DNA of 50,462 nt from Gemmatimonadaceae bacterium (lineage in GTDB: Bacteria; Gemmatimonadota; Gemmatimonadetes; Gemmatimonadales; Gemmatimonadaceae). The stretch spans positions 1 to 50,462 of the forward strand of contig JBGAJQ010000038.1 in assembly GCA_044224875.1 (NCBI GenBank), read 5' to 3'. A model generated the notes under the pieces. The model ran no database searches. It saw only the letters and a list, made by a program, of their open reading frames with translations, and was not told the origin of the DNA. This document shows positions 9,327 through 19,404 of this stretch, one piece after another. Position numbers and translations under genes: made by a program. How positions within the stretch are numbered: the stretch's first letter is position 1; every line of letters begins with the position of its first letter.

Positions 9327-10904
9327 CTACGGCGTCTTGAAGCCGATTCGCTCCGACCAGCGGAGCGCGTCTCGCAGCGTCAACGCCGGCAGGTGCTGCA
9401 GCGCCGTATTCACCGCAAGGATCTCACGAGGATAGAACAGGACAAGGACCGGCGGATCGCGCTGTTCTTCCTCCTGGAAGGCCAGATAGACCTCGCGACG
9501 CCGGACGGTATCGGTCGTCGCGCGACCCAGTGCCAACAGCGAATCGACGCGACGGTTGGAGTAGCGGACGTTGTTGTTGTCCTGACCGGTGGCATAGAAC
9601 GCGTACTGGTCGGGATCCGGCGCCGTCGTCCACCAGATCAAGTGAGCGTCGAACTTGCCGGGCAGGACAAAATCGCGCACTTCGGAAGCGAACTCCATGG
9701 TCTGGAGGGTGACGTCGATCCCGATGGACTTCAAGTCCTGCTGGACGGCAAGCGCGGATTGTTCGCGACTCGGGTTCCCCTTGTCCACGAGGAGGGTGAA
9801 CCGAAACGGTTGTCCGGCCGCGTCATGCAGTAGTCCGTCAGTTCCAACCGTCCAGCCGACGTCGGCAAGTAGCCGACGCGCGGAATCTGGTGAGAAGACC
9901 GGCGCCGGGGAGGCGGCATCGAAGTATCCCTTCAAGGCGGCCGGAATCGTCCCCCGTGGCAGGTCCGCGAATCCCTTCATCACCCCGGAGATGATCGCAC
10001 TCCGGTTGACGGCAAAACCCATGGCGCGCCGCACACGGGGATCCGCGAACAAACGCCGGCTGGCGTTGAATCCGACGTAGTAGTGCTGCACCACGGGATT
10101 CTGGATGATCGCCACGTTGGCGATGCCCTGCACGCCGGCGAGGTTCGCGGGCTCGAGTTGTACCAGGTCCAACTCGCCCGCGCGCAGCTGCGCTACCTGA
10201 ACGTTGATGTCCGCGATCACCTTGAAGATGACCTGGTCGAGCAGGGGAGGCCTTCGATAGTAGTTCGGATTGCGAACAAGAACGACCGCGCTTCCGGGCG
10301 CGGCCTGGGTGACCATGAACGGGCCTGTCCCGATCGGATGCTGTCGATTGAACTCCGTGGCGCCGTTCAACGTGCGCCCGGTGAACGCGTGGGCTGGGAT
10401 GATGCCGGCGTTGTAGCCGAGGAGCGACAGAAAAGGAGCGAACGGCGCCTTCAGCTGGAATCGAACCGTCAGTGAATCCACCACGTCCACGCGTTCGATC
10501 GCGGCGAAGTCCGAGCGCAGTCGAGAGCCGGACGCTACATCGATGATCTGGTCAAACGTGAACTTGACGTCGGCGGCAGTGAACGGCGTGCCATCGTGCC
10601 ACTTGACGTTCGGCCGGAGGGCAAACGTGTACGTCCGCCCGTCGGAAGACTCACTCCAGGAAACGGCGAGGTCCGGGTCGGGGCGCAGCTGCTCGTTAGG
10701 TCGAACAAGCCCGGGGAAGATGACCTTATTGACGACGATTGACCCGAGGTCCGTGGCGATGACCGGATTGAAGATGGGATCATTGATGAGCGGAAGTCGC
10801 AGGGCATTCGGGCGAGCGGCCGGCTCGCCGCCACAGGCGACGAGGAGGGCGAGCAGGACCGCCGGGCCACAAGTGCGCCGCGACGTGGCGGCTCCAACGA
10901 TCAT
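9327..10904 (-). CDS. ABC transporter substrate-binding lipoprotein, family 5 (DppA/OppA-like)
   Basis: Lipobox LVAC; PDLA.SW, KWHDGTPFTAADVKFT, PIGTGPF; ATGA overlap with the peptidase. Confidence 0.92.
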   Translation of the reverse strand: MIVGAATSRRTCGPAVLLALLVACGGEPAARPNALRLPLINDPIFNPVIATDLGSIVVNKVIFPGLVRPNEQLRPDPDLAVSWSESSDGRTYTFALRPNVKWHDGTPFTAADVKFTFDQIIDVASGSRLRSDFAAIERVDVVDSLTVRFQLKAPFAPFLSLLGYNAGIIPAHAFTGRTLNGATEFNRQHPIGTGPFMVTQAAPGSAVVLVRNPNYYRRPPLLDQVIFKVIADINVQVAQLRAGELDLVQLEPANLAGVQGIANVAIIQNPVVQHYYVGFNASRRLFADPRVRRAMGFAVNRSAIISGVMKGFADLPRGTIPAALKGYFDAASPAPVFSPDSARRLLADVGWTVGTDGLLHDAAGQPFRFTLLVDKGNPSREQSALAVQQDLKSIGIDVTLQTMEFASEVRDFVLPGKFDAHLIWWTTAPDPDQYAFYATGQDNNNVRYSNRRVDSLLALGRATTDTVRRREVYLAFQEEEQRDPPVLVLFYPREILAVNTALQHLPALTLRDALRWSERIGFKTP

Positions 10905-12574
10905 GCCATCGCGTCCTGCACTACTCGCCTCGCATCACGGAGCGCGGCGACGAGCCGGTTCTGCCCGCGCGTCAGGTGCGTTTGCAGGAACCCTAACGAG
11001 TCCTTGGGCATGCTGGGTACCTGCAGTGCCACTGACAGGTCTGGCAGCGCCGGCGTGGTTTCCGCCGGGTCATGGAAGAACTCGGGGCCCCGCGTGAAAT
11101 TCACAGGCACCAGCAGCCGCCCAAGCCGGCGTACGGCCCGATTCGCACGGCGAACCGCTGGGTTGTCCACGGGCTGCGTGGCGAGATCCTTCGTGAACTC
11201 GCCAAAGTCCCGCAAGGCCGCGCGTAGCTCCCGGATGGCATCGGTAAGGGTCGCTCCGAAGTCGAATGGTGCGATCGTCGCATTGGCCACGCCCATCACC
11301 GCCGCGCAATAGATCTTCATGTCCGTGAGCAGGACGTCCTTGTCGGCGACGTGGATCAGGTCCTCCTCCGTGTGCCACTCGATATTGGCACCGCAGCCTC
11401 CCACTGCGTAGTAGCCCAGGCGCTCCCGGTGCTCGTGCGACATCGTCGAGAGCAACATGAAGAACGACGAGATCCCGATGTTATTGAACGAGTAGTCACC
11501 CGCCTGATGTGGGCGTTCGCCCTTCAAGGGCTTCTGGGCAATGTCGCGAATGATCGAAGCGCAATAGGCCTCGGTCTCGTCCATGAGCGAGACGTCGATA
11601 TACTCCGTCGCCCAACGACACCCCGGCGAGTCGCAGTTCACCTGAGCGATGCAGTTCTCGTAGAGGTCGATGGCAAAACGATCAGCGAACCACGTGGAGC
11701 CGGCGTAGCGCCCCGTGGAGTGCCCCGGCCACCAGGCGATGCGCACCGACCGTTTGAGCTGCGCGCGATGCTGCCACAGAACTCGGGCCACCTCGAGCAT
11801 GGTCGCGTCGCCCACCGCGTTGTCGCCAATGCCAAAGTCCCACGAGTCATAGTGCCCGTGCAACAGCACGAAGCACTCAGGCTCGTCCGTGCCGGGAATG
11901 GTGACCACGGGAACTGGCGACGGAAACCACCCTTCGGTGACGACGCTCGTGAGCGTGACCTCGTGCCCCTCGCGCGCCAAGGCGATCAGGGCCTGGCCGT
12001 CTACGTTGTTCACGGCTACCACGGCGATTTTCGGCTTTCGCGGCAGGTCCCGCAGGTCTGGTGTGCCCCACACCGTAGTGCAGATACCCCAGTGCGCGTT
12101 CTTGCCCGGGTTGACCGCGATCATCCCTAGCGCCCCGCGTTGCTCGAAATACGAGACCTTGCCCGGCATGCCGAATCCCTCACTCACCACAATCTTGCCG
12201 GCGACATCCACTTCCTCGTCGCTGACGAAGCCCTTGGTGAACATCTCGTCTGCGTTGCGCGCATAACGAGCGGGTACATACGCCAGCGGTGCCATGAGCC
12301 CGTTCGGGAATGCCACGCTCATCGCCATCGGCTTGGCTCGGTAGGTGGCGCCTCCCGAGGCGATGCTGGCCTTGCCCGGCAGCGAGAGAAAAATCGTCGG
12401 CTCGTGCACATCGACCGGAACGTCGTACTGGCGCAGTCGCGTGACAATCTCGTCGGCGGCGACTTTGACGTCTGTCGGATGTTCTCGGCGAAGCGTCGTG
12501 AATCGGTCGATGAGCGCCCACGGGGCATCCAACGATATGGATGCTAGGGCAGCGTTCTGGGCATCGGTCAGCAT
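10901..12574 (-). CDS. M28-family metallopeptidase with PA-like domain
   Basis: HGHYDSW, GDNAVG, WWPGH, NCDSPG, WHTEED; no obvious signal peptide. Confidence 0.82.
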   Translation of the reverse strand: MLTDAQNAALASISLDAPWALIDRFTTLRREHPTDVKVAADEIVTRLRQYDVPVDVHEPTIFLSLPGKASIASGGATYRAKPMAMSVAFPNGLMAPLAYVPARYARNADEMFTKGFVSDEEVDVAGKIVVSEGFGMPGKVSYFEQRGALGMIAVNPGKNAHWGICTTVWGTPDLRDLPRKPKIAVVAVNNVDGQALIALAREGHEVTLTSVVTEGWFPSPVPVVTIPGTDEPECFVLLHGHYDSWDFGIGDNAVGDATMLEVARVLWQHRAQLKRSVRIAWWPGHSTGRYAGSTWFADRFAIDLYENCIAQVNCDSPGCRWATEYIDVSLMDETEAYCASIIRDIAQKPLKGERPHQAGDYSFNNIGISSFFMLLSTMSHEHRERLGYYAVGGCGANIEWHTEEDLIHVADKDVLLTDMKIYCAAVMGVANATIAPFDFGATLTDAIRELRAALRDFGEFTKDLATQPVDNPAVRRANRAVRRLGRLLVPVNFTRGPEFFHDPAETTPALPDLSVALQVPSMPKDSLGFLQTHLTRGQNRLVAALRDARRVVQDAMA

Positions 12575-12789
12575 GCAAAGCGCGTGGCGAAGGGCATTCC
12601 GGAAAGTGCAGCGGGAAGAACTCGTGCATTTGCTGTCCCGACGGGCGCACTGTCAAGCACCGTCCGGCAGATTGATACGACGAAGATTTGTCGGCGGTTG
12701 AGGTCAGGGTTCTCCGGACGGACGCCGCCAGGAGGCGTCGTCACCTATGGCCGCGAGGCCGTCGCGCGGTCGGCCGATGACCGCAGTGC

Positions 12790-14079
12790 CTAACGATGCG
12801 TGACGGCGCTCCGACGGTCGACCAGAACCGTGCCACCCTTCATGACCCAACGGACGCCGCGCGTGACCGCCGTGATGTCCTTCAGGGGGTCGCCCTCCAC
12901 GGCGACTAGGTCCGCGTAGTAACCAGGTCCAATGGCGCCCAGACGATCACCCATTCCTAACAGGCCCGCCCCACTCCGGGTCGCCGAAAACAACGCCTGC
13001 TCGGGGCTCATCCCAGCACGTACGAACCACTCGAGCTCCCGTGTATTCTCGCCAAACCCGGTGAAGACCGCATCGGAACCCATGGCCACCTTCACGCCGG
13101 CCCGAATTGCCCGCTCCAAGGTCGCCTCGTTCCGCGCCACAAAGGCCATCAGGCGCGCCGCCGTGGCACTGTCGTACCCGTACTCGTCCCGATGATCGGC
13201 GTAGTAGCGGTTGTGATCCACGGTGGGCACGTAGTACGTGCCTCGACGCACCATTTCGGTAAACGTCGAATCATCAATATCGACCGCGTGTTCGACCGAG
13301 TTCGCGCCGGCGCGGACGGCATCCCGCGCGCCGGTTGGTCCATAGGAGTGAATCGCGATCCATTTCCCCGCATTGTGCGCGACTTCAGTGGCAGCGCGCA
13401 TTTCCTCGTAGGTGAACGTCTGGTTCCCCGACACGTCGTCGGCGCTTCCCGTGGAGCCATACATCTTGATTCCATCGGCTCCAGCGGCGAGCTGCTGGCG
13501 CGCCGCGAGTAGCACTGCGTCCACCCCATCGGCGCGCCCTGGGTCAAAGGTCGCGGTACCCGCGCGGATCGCCGCCGAGCTGACGTGCAGCCCTCGCCCC
13601 GACACGAACATTCTCGGCCCAACCATGTCGCCGCGGTTGATCAGCGTTCGCATGGCGATGTCCCCGTAGTCTCCCGAGCCAAGATCCCGTACGGTGGTGA
13701 CGCCGGACTCGAGCGTCTTGCGCGCGTTCTCCTGGGCGAGATACACCAGCACAGGGGTCGAGAATGTGCCGAGGCGGGTCCACGGGCGAGTGCCAGGCGC
13801 GCGGTCCCAGTAGTAGGTCATGTGCGTGTGCACATCGACAAGGCCGGGAATGCCGACCAGCGGCCGAAGATCGATCACCTTTGCAGCCGCCGGGATCGAC
13901 GCCGCACCGCTGTCGATCCGTGTCACGCGGTCTGCCCGGACGAAGACCACGGCATCGCGTGTGACATGTCCGTTCATGTCGAGCAGTGTCCCGAAGCGGA
14001 TCGCGATCTCCTGGGCGGCAGCGCGCGATCCTAACGAGCAAAACGCCACTAGGGCGAGCCAGCACAAACGACCCCGCAT
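12790..14079 (-). CDS. Secreted amidohydrolase (Xaa-Pro dipeptidase-like)
   Basis: PGLVDVHTH, GVTTVRDLG, IK, AIH, VEH, GSD; signal peptide. Confidence 0.9.
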   Translation of the reverse strand: MRGRLCWLALVAFCSLGSRAAAQEIAIRFGTLLDMNGHVTRDAVVFVRADRVTRIDSGAASIPAAAKVIDLRPLVGIPGLVDVHTHMTYYWDRAPGTRPWTRLGTFSTPVLVYLAQENARKTLESGVTTVRDLGSGDYGDIAMRTLINRGDMVGPRMFVSGRGLHVSSAAIRAGTATFDPGRADGVDAVLLAARQQLAAGADGIKMYGSTGSADDVSGNQTFTYEEMRAATEVAHNAGKWIAIHSYGPTGARDAVRAGANSVEHAVDIDDSTFTEMVRRGTYYVPTVDHNRYYADHRDEYGYDSATAARLMAFVARNEATLERAIRAGVKVAMGSDAVFTGFGENTRELEWFVRAGMSPEQALFSATRSGAGLLGMGDRLGAIGPGYYADLVAVEGDPLKDITAVTRGVRWVMKGGTVLVDRRSAVTHR

Positions 14080-14225
14080 CGTCCCTCCGGGACAGAGGAT
14101 CCAGAATCTAGCCGCCAGCGTGGCGGTCCGCGCGTGTTGGAGTCGAGGGTTCGAGCGGGCGTTGCCTTGTGAGCACGCGCGGGAGCGCGCATTTTCGCGC
14201 CCAACAGGTTGCTCCGGAGATTCAC

Positions 14226-15731
14226 ATGCTCGTTTGCCATCGATTCAAGGTTGCACTGACAGCCGCCGTCGTGGTTGCCACGCCGGCGGACGCCGTGGCG
14301 CAGCGGCCTCCGGCGCGCGGCGCGGTGGACAGCGTGCATGCCATCGTCGGTGCGACCTTGATCGACGGGAATGGCGGGGCGTCCGTTCCCGACGCTGTCG
14401 CCGTGATTCGTGGGACGCGGATCGTGGCCGTGGGGCCGAGGGCGACAACGCCGATTCCGAAGGGTGCGGTCGTCATCGATGCCACCGGGAAGTTCCTCAC
14501 CCCCGGATTCATCGACACCAACGTCCACGTGTCGCTTTACTCCGGACTGGAAAACTTCGCGCGCTACCAGGACCGCTTTACCGACATTGCGGTTGAAGCT
14601 GCGCAGATGCACCTGAAGGTCGGCGTGACGACCATTCGTGACAGCTACGGGATGCTCAAGCCGCTGGTGGAAGCGAGGGAGAGGATTGTCCGCGGCGAGA
14701 TGCCGGGCCCGCGGATGTACGTCGCCGGCAACATTGTCGGGTGGGGCGGTCCCTTTTCACTCTCGTTCACGGGGCGACCACAAGAGAATCTCTCGCTCTT
14801 TCAGGAGCAGATGAACGACGCGATCACGGAAGGATCCGGGGAAGATTTGGTGAACATGGAACCGGATTCCCTCACGGCAGCGATCAACCGGTACCTCGAC
14901 AAGGGGCCAGACTTCCTGAAGTTCGGCGGAACGAGTCACTTCGGAAACCCGGTGTTCATCGGCTTCTCCGAGCGCGCGCAGAAGGCCATCGTCGATGCGG
15001 TACATGCGCGCGGAAAGGTGGCGGAGACCCACTCCACGACGCCCGAGGGACTGCGCGTCTCGATCCTCGCCGGTGTCGATTTGGTACAGCACCCCGAGGT
15101 ACACGACGTGCCAATGTCGGACGAGCTCGTCCGGTTGATGGTGGATCACCACGTGGTGTGTTCCATGCTCAGCAACACGATGACCGGTAAGCCCTACGCC
15201 GACTATGCCCGCCAGCGCCAACGCGAGGATAGCACCCGTCGGGCGCGAACCGACAGCTCGCAAAGACAGGGGATGCAGCGCGAGCGAACGAGTGCTGAAC
15301 GCCTGAAGGACCGGGGAAACCTCGGGATGGAGATCCGCCGGGCGAATGCACGCAAACTGATCGCCGCCGGTTGCATCATTTCGGTTTCGACGGACAACTA
15401 CCTGGGTCTGGCCCCGGAGTTTCGCCGGGACCCCAAACCCGATTGGCAGGATGCCGGAACCGGTACACTGGCATCGATCGAGGGACTGGTCGAGTTGGGG
15501 ATGACGCCGCTGCAGGCCCTGACAGCTGCCACAAAGAACGGCGCTATCGCCAACAAGGCGCTCTCCGAGTACGGGACGATCGAGGCCGGGAAGCGCGCGG
15601 ATATCCTGCTGTTCAGCGCCGACCCCAGTGCAGACATTCACAACATACGAAAATTGGAGATGGTCATGCGCGACGGAGTCGTGATTGACACCAAGACCCT
15701 GCCGACCAAACCGGTGTGGGTGAAGCGATGA
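14226..15731 (+). CDS. Secreted amidohydrolase family protein
   Basis: PGFIDTNVH, GVTTIRD, GTIEAGKRAD; GGAGA before ATG 14226; ATGA overlap with the next gene. Confidence 0.88.
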   Translation: MLVCHRFKVALTAAVVVATPADAVAQRPPARGAVDSVHAIVGATLIDGNGGASVPDAVAVIRGTRIVAVGPRATTPIPKGAVVIDATGKFLTPGFIDTNVHVSLYSGLENFARYQDRFTDIAVEAAQMHLKVGVTTIRDSYGMLKPLVEARERIVRGEMPGPRMYVAGNIVGWGGPFSLSFTGRPQENLSLFQEQMNDAITEGSGEDLVNMEPDSLTAAINRYLDKGPDFLKFGGTSHFGNPVFIGFSERAQKAIVDAVHARGKVAETHSTTPEGLRVSILAGVDLVQHPEVHDVPMSDELVRLMVDHHVVCSMLSNTMTGKPYADYARQRQREDSTRRARTDSSQRQGMQRERTSAERLKDRGNLGMEIRRANARKLIAAGCIISVSTDNYLGLAPEFRRDPKPDWQDAGTGTLASIEGLVELGMTPLQALTAATKNGAIANKALSEYGTIEAGKRADILLFSADPSADIHNIRKLEMVMRDGVVIDTKTLPTKPVWVKR

Positions 15732-17857
15732 ACACGTCACTGCGACATTGCGTGGTCGGGATGATGCTGACGGCGCTCAGCGGCTGTGGCGACGCCGGCG
15801 CTCCGCGTCTGCCCAGCGTTGGCGCCATCGACGCCCTCGGTTTTGCGCAGTTGAAGGAGTTCAGCGCCCATCGGTCGTCCAGCAACAACCGCGACTCCAC
15901 GAGTAACGACGACAGCTGGCGCCCGATACCAGGCGAAACGGTGGTGCTGGCCGACCTGAAGGGACCAGGCGTGATCAGCCATATGTGGGTGACGATCGCT
16001 GGTAACGAGTACCAGTGGCCACGCCTCCTACGCCTCCGCGTGTACTACGACGATTCTCCGATCCCCAGTGTCGACGTGCCGGTGGGCGACTTCTTTGGCG
16101 TCGGACATGGGCTCGAGCGCCCCATCAACTCACTGGTCATCCGCAATTCGTCGAGCGGCCGTTCGCGAAATTCGTATTGGCCCATGCCCTATCGGAAGTC
16201 GATCAAGATCACGATGACCAACGAAGGCAAGCGACGTCTATACAACCTGTACTTTCACGTCGATTACCAGTCGTATAAGTCGTTGCCGGAGAACACGGCC
16301 TATTTCCACGCGCGCTATCGTCAGGCACTGCCCGCAACGTCCGGCGACTGGTACGACTTCCTGAAGGTGAAGGGCGAGGGTTTCTACGTCGGCACCGTAC
16401 TGAACGCGGTGCAGGTTGCGCCTGGTTGGTTCGGAGAAGGCGACGACCTGTTTTATGTCGACGGCAACCCCAAGCCCGTGATCGAAGGGACGGGAACCGA
16501 GGACTACGCCAATGATGCGTGGAGCTTCCGCATCGGCGAGGGGCCGTATACCGGCGTGCCCGTCGCTGACGGAACGGAGACGGGTGCCCGCATGACGGCG
16601 TATCGGTGGCACCTGTTGGATCCCATCCCCTTCACGCGTTCGCTGCGAGCCTCCATCGAGCATGGCGGATGGACGTTCAACGACGATGGGTCGGTGCGTA
16701 GTGCATTCGAGGAGCGCCCCGACCTGTTCAGCTCCGTTGCCTACTGGTATCAGAAGGGAATCGCGGAGGACCAACCGGAACCCCCGTACGGCGCGGCGCG
16801 CATGTCGCAGGGGAATGCCAAGCAGATCGAGATCGAGCAATTCCTCGCCGACACCCGGACAGTCGGGGGCAAGGCGGAAGTGCAAAAGGAAGTGTTCTGG
16901 GGCAAGGACCTGCTGTTCTTCAACGCCACTGGACCAGGGTCTCGGATCGACGTACCGGTTGATGTTGAAGCCGACGGCAGGTACGAGCTCGTGGCCCAGG
17001 TGGCGCAGTCGCCGGACTACGGGATCTACGGCGTGCTGATTGACGGGCGTACGGCTGGTACCTCTGGTCAGCTCGAGCATGAGCCGGGTGCGAACAAGGG
17101 CACGATGGCGCGGTGGGACGGTTACTACACGGAGACGTTCGTTGGCGAGGACCGCGTCATCGCCTGGCCGACACTCACCAAGGGTCGGCATACCGTCAGC
17201 TTCATCTGTCAGGGAAAGAACACCCTGAGCAGTGGGTACAATATCGGGATCGACGGACTGGTCCTGTCTCGCGTGGCGGGCAGCGCGGGCGCTGTCACGC
17301 AGGATTCGGCGACGAGTACCAACGCCGCGGACGCCATGCGCCGTCTGGTCCAGCGTCCCGGAGCCGCCCGTCAAACAGACTCGGTGAAGGCTGGACTCAA
17401 GAATGCCGATCCCAACGTGCGGGAAGCGGCGGCGTGGGTGGCCACTCAGCTCGCCGACGATGCCAAGCCCCTCAGTCAGGATCTGGCGGCGTCCTTCTCC
17501 GACAGCGATCCGGTGGTGCGCGGTTTGGCCGCCATTGCCCTGCGCGGCATCCCAAAGTTGGAGCCGGCGGTCGGCGATACGCTCCTCGCCCATCTCAAGG
17601 ACGCCGACGAGAATGTCCGCATGATGGTGGCCAATGCCATCGCGGCCCACCCCGATGTGGCCACTCGCGGCAAGGCGCAGCTGATCGCTGCGGCACAGGT
17701 ACCGACCGAGCACCGCCACGTCTTGCGAAGCGTCGCGACGGCCCTGGGCACCATCGGCCCGGATGCGAAGGATGCCCTGCCGGCACTCCGCGCGCTCATG
17801 GCACAGCCCCTTATCCGATGGCAGGCCCAGGCCGCCATCAAGGCAATCGAGAAATGA
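15728..17857 (+). CDS. DUF2961/GH172 glycoside hydrolase lipoprotein with beta-sandwich module and C-terminal HEAT repeats
   Basis: Lipobox LSGC; GPGVISHMW, GWFGEGDD, GTGTEDY; repeats of the form D.D..VR..AA.AL. Confidence 0.85.
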   Translation: MNTSLRHCVVGMMLTALSGCGDAGAPRLPSVGAIDALGFAQLKEFSAHRSSSNNRDSTSNDDSWRPIPGETVVLADLKGPGVISHMWVTIAGNEYQWPRLLRLRVYYDDSPIPSVDVPVGDFFGVGHGLERPINSLVIRNSSSGRSRNSYWPMPYRKSIKITMTNEGKRRLYNLYFHVDYQSYKSLPENTAYFHARYRQALPATSGDWYDFLKVKGEGFYVGTVLNAVQVAPGWFGEGDDLFYVDGNPKPVIEGTGTEDYANDAWSFRIGEGPYTGVPVADGTETGARMTAYRWHLLDPIPFTRSLRASIEHGGWTFNDDGSVRSAFEERPDLFSSVAYWYQKGIAEDQPEPPYGAARMSQGNAKQIEIEQFLADTRTVGGKAEVQKEVFWGKDLLFFNATGPGSRIDVPVDVEADGRYELVAQVAQSPDYGIYGVLIDGRTAGTSGQLEHEPGANKGTMARWDGYYTETFVGEDRVIAWPTLTKGRHTVSFICQGKNTLSSGYNIGIDGLVLSRVAGSAGAVTQDSATSTNAADAMRRLVQRPGAARQTDSVKAGLKNADPNVREAAAWVATQLADDAKPLSQDLAASFSDSDPVVRGLAAIALRGIPKLEPAVGDTLLAHLKDADENVRMMVANAIAAHPDVATRGKAQLIAAAQVPTEHRHVLRSVATALGTIGPDAKDALPALRALMAQPLIRWQAQAAIKAIEK

Positions 17858-18729
17858 CGCCAACGCCAATCGACCGCCGAGGGTTCCTGCATCGAGGAGT
17901 CGCGATGGTGGGCGCAGGAGTCGTCGGCGCCAGTCTTCGTCCGACCGGAGCGACCACTGGGACCGCCGCCCGTCGTCTGCAACGCATCGGACTCGAGCTG
18001 TACTCGGTCCGCGACCAGATGGCCAAGGACCCCGAACGCACCATGGCGGCCGTGGCCAAGATGGGATATCAGGACGTGGAAATCCTCTGGTCCGCGGGGA
18101 ACTTCGGGCGTACGGCGAAACAGGTGCGTGCCGCGCTCGACCAGACCGGGCTCAAGGCACCTTCCGCGCACATGTCGCCAGCTACGATCCTCGTCGGGTG
18201 GGAGCGGTCACTCGACACGGCGCGCATGCTGGGACACGAGTACCTCATCGTCCCGAGTTTCACTCCGGAAACCGAAGGGACGCTGGACGATTGGCGAGAG
18301 TGGGCCGACCGGTTCAACGCCGCGGGCGAGCGCGCTCGCGCCGCTGGGATCTGGCTGGCGTTTCACAACGAACCGAACCACATGCGTCCGATCGACGGAC
18401 AGGTGCCGTATGACGTCTTCGTGAAGCGCACCGTTCCGACATCGGTGAGGTTGCAGCTGGATGTTGGAAACATGGTGATGGGCGGGGGCGATCCGCTGGC
18501 CTATCTCGATGCGTATCCCGACCGCTATTGGTCCTTCCACCTCAAGGACATTGTCCCTGATCGCACACACGACACGGATCTCGGGCTAGGCAACGTTCCA
18601 CTGGCGCGCATTCTCGCCCGTGTGGCAGACATCAACAGCAAGCCGTGCTACGTGGAGCAGGAGGGGTCCCGCGACCCGATGGCGAGTGCGGCGAAAGATT
18701 TCGCCTACCTGAAGGCACTAGAGTTCTGA
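17854..18729 (+). CDS. Tat-exported sugar phosphate isomerase/epimerase (xylose isomerase-like TIM barrel)
   Basis: RRGFL twin-arginine signal; IGLELYSVR, FHN, LDVG, HLKD, VEQE; ATGA overlap. Confidence 0.88.
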   Translation: MTPTPIDRRGFLHRGVAMVGAGVVGASLRPTGATTGTAARRLQRIGLELYSVRDQMAKDPERTMAAVAKMGYQDVEILWSAGNFGRTAKQVRAALDQTGLKAPSAHMSPATILVGWERSLDTARMLGHEYLIVPSFTPETEGTLDDWREWADRFNAAGERARAAGIWLAFHNEPNHMRPIDGQVPYDVFVKRTVPTSVRLQLDVGNMVMGGGDPLAYLDAYPDRYWSFHLKDIVPDRTHDTDLGLGNVPLARILARVADINSKPCYVEQEGSRDPMASAAKDFAYLKALEF

Positions 18730-18743
18730 AGACGTCGTTGCGT

Positions 18744-18768
18744 GGGGCGGGGAAGTTTCCCCCGCCTC
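18744..18768. terminator. Hairpin between convergent genes, possible bidirectional terminator
   Basis: GGGGCGGGG...CCCCGCCTC inverted repeat; no clear U-tract. Confidence 0.45.
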
Positions 18769-18782
18769 GTACGTCGTCGCGC

Positions 18783-19322
18783 CTATCCGTGCAGGTGTTC
18801 GACCAAGGCCCCGGTTGTTTGACGCAACAGGTTGGCGATGGCTTCGGCCACCATCATGGCAAACCGCAAGGCGTGCTGCGGATGACGCTCGGCCATGACA
18901 TCGAAGTCGTCCCGCGTCAGCACGAGCAGGTCAGCGTCTTCGAGCGCGATCGCCGAGGCCGATCGGCTCGCGCCATCGATCAACGACATCTCGCCGACCA
19001 TCTTTCCGGCGCCGAGTTTGGCGACGATTCGCTGGTGCTCCTCAATGTCGCCCTTCCGGATCTCAAGGGCGCCCGCGATGACAATGGCACAAAACGCATC
19101 GTGGTCACCCTCGTGAAAGAGCACACTGCCGCGAGGAAGCCGGTATGCGCGCATGTAGTGGGAAATGGCGCACTCCTCCTCCCAGGCCAGCTTGAGACTC
19201 CAAGGGGTGCGGTCCAGCCAATCGGCGCGTTGCTCGGGTGTGGATGAGATAAACAGAGCCCCACGCGCCTGAAGGGATTCAGACGGGGTCGGCTTCGGCT
19301 TTACGGGAATCACGATGCTCAT
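18783..19322 (-). CDS. Stand-alone cyclic nucleotide-binding domain protein
   Basis: LFHEGD and phosphate-binding cassette GEMSLIDGASRSASA; no C-terminal HTH; AGGAG before ATG 19322. Confidence 0.85.
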   Translation of the reverse strand: MSIVIPVKPKPTPSESLQARGALFISSTPEQRADWLDRTPWSLKLAWEEECAISHYMRAYRLPRGSVLFHEGDHDAFCAIVIAGALEIRKGDIEEHQRIVAKLGAGKMVGEMSLIDGASRSASAIALEDADLLVLTRDDFDVMAERHPQHALRFAMMVAEAIANLLRQTTGALVEHLHG

Positions 19323-19404
19323 CACTCCTGAGTATCGGCCGGAGCAGGGCGCTTGCCCAGCGCTCACACGGTAGGTCGGCGTGTGAGCGCCTTCTCACCC
19401 ATCC

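Noticed and set aside
11200..11290. Possible short in-frame deletion in the M28 peptidase near FDFGATLTDAIREL
   Set aside because: Based only on recollection of longer homologs; it needs an alignment.
12628..12656. Sigma-70 promoter for the peptidase/ABC operon
   Set aside because: A perfect minus-strand TTGACA is present, but there is no convincing -10 at 16-18 nt.
17113..17853. Long N-terminal extension of the TIM-barrel ORF
   Set aside because: It overlaps the GH172 gene out of frame; the Tat signal and ATGA overlap place the start at 17854.
16238..17869. 543-aa antisense ORF, and similar ones at 14757-15740, 45419-46546 and 47516-48928
   Set aside because: Typical stop-poor antisense frames of high-GC genes.
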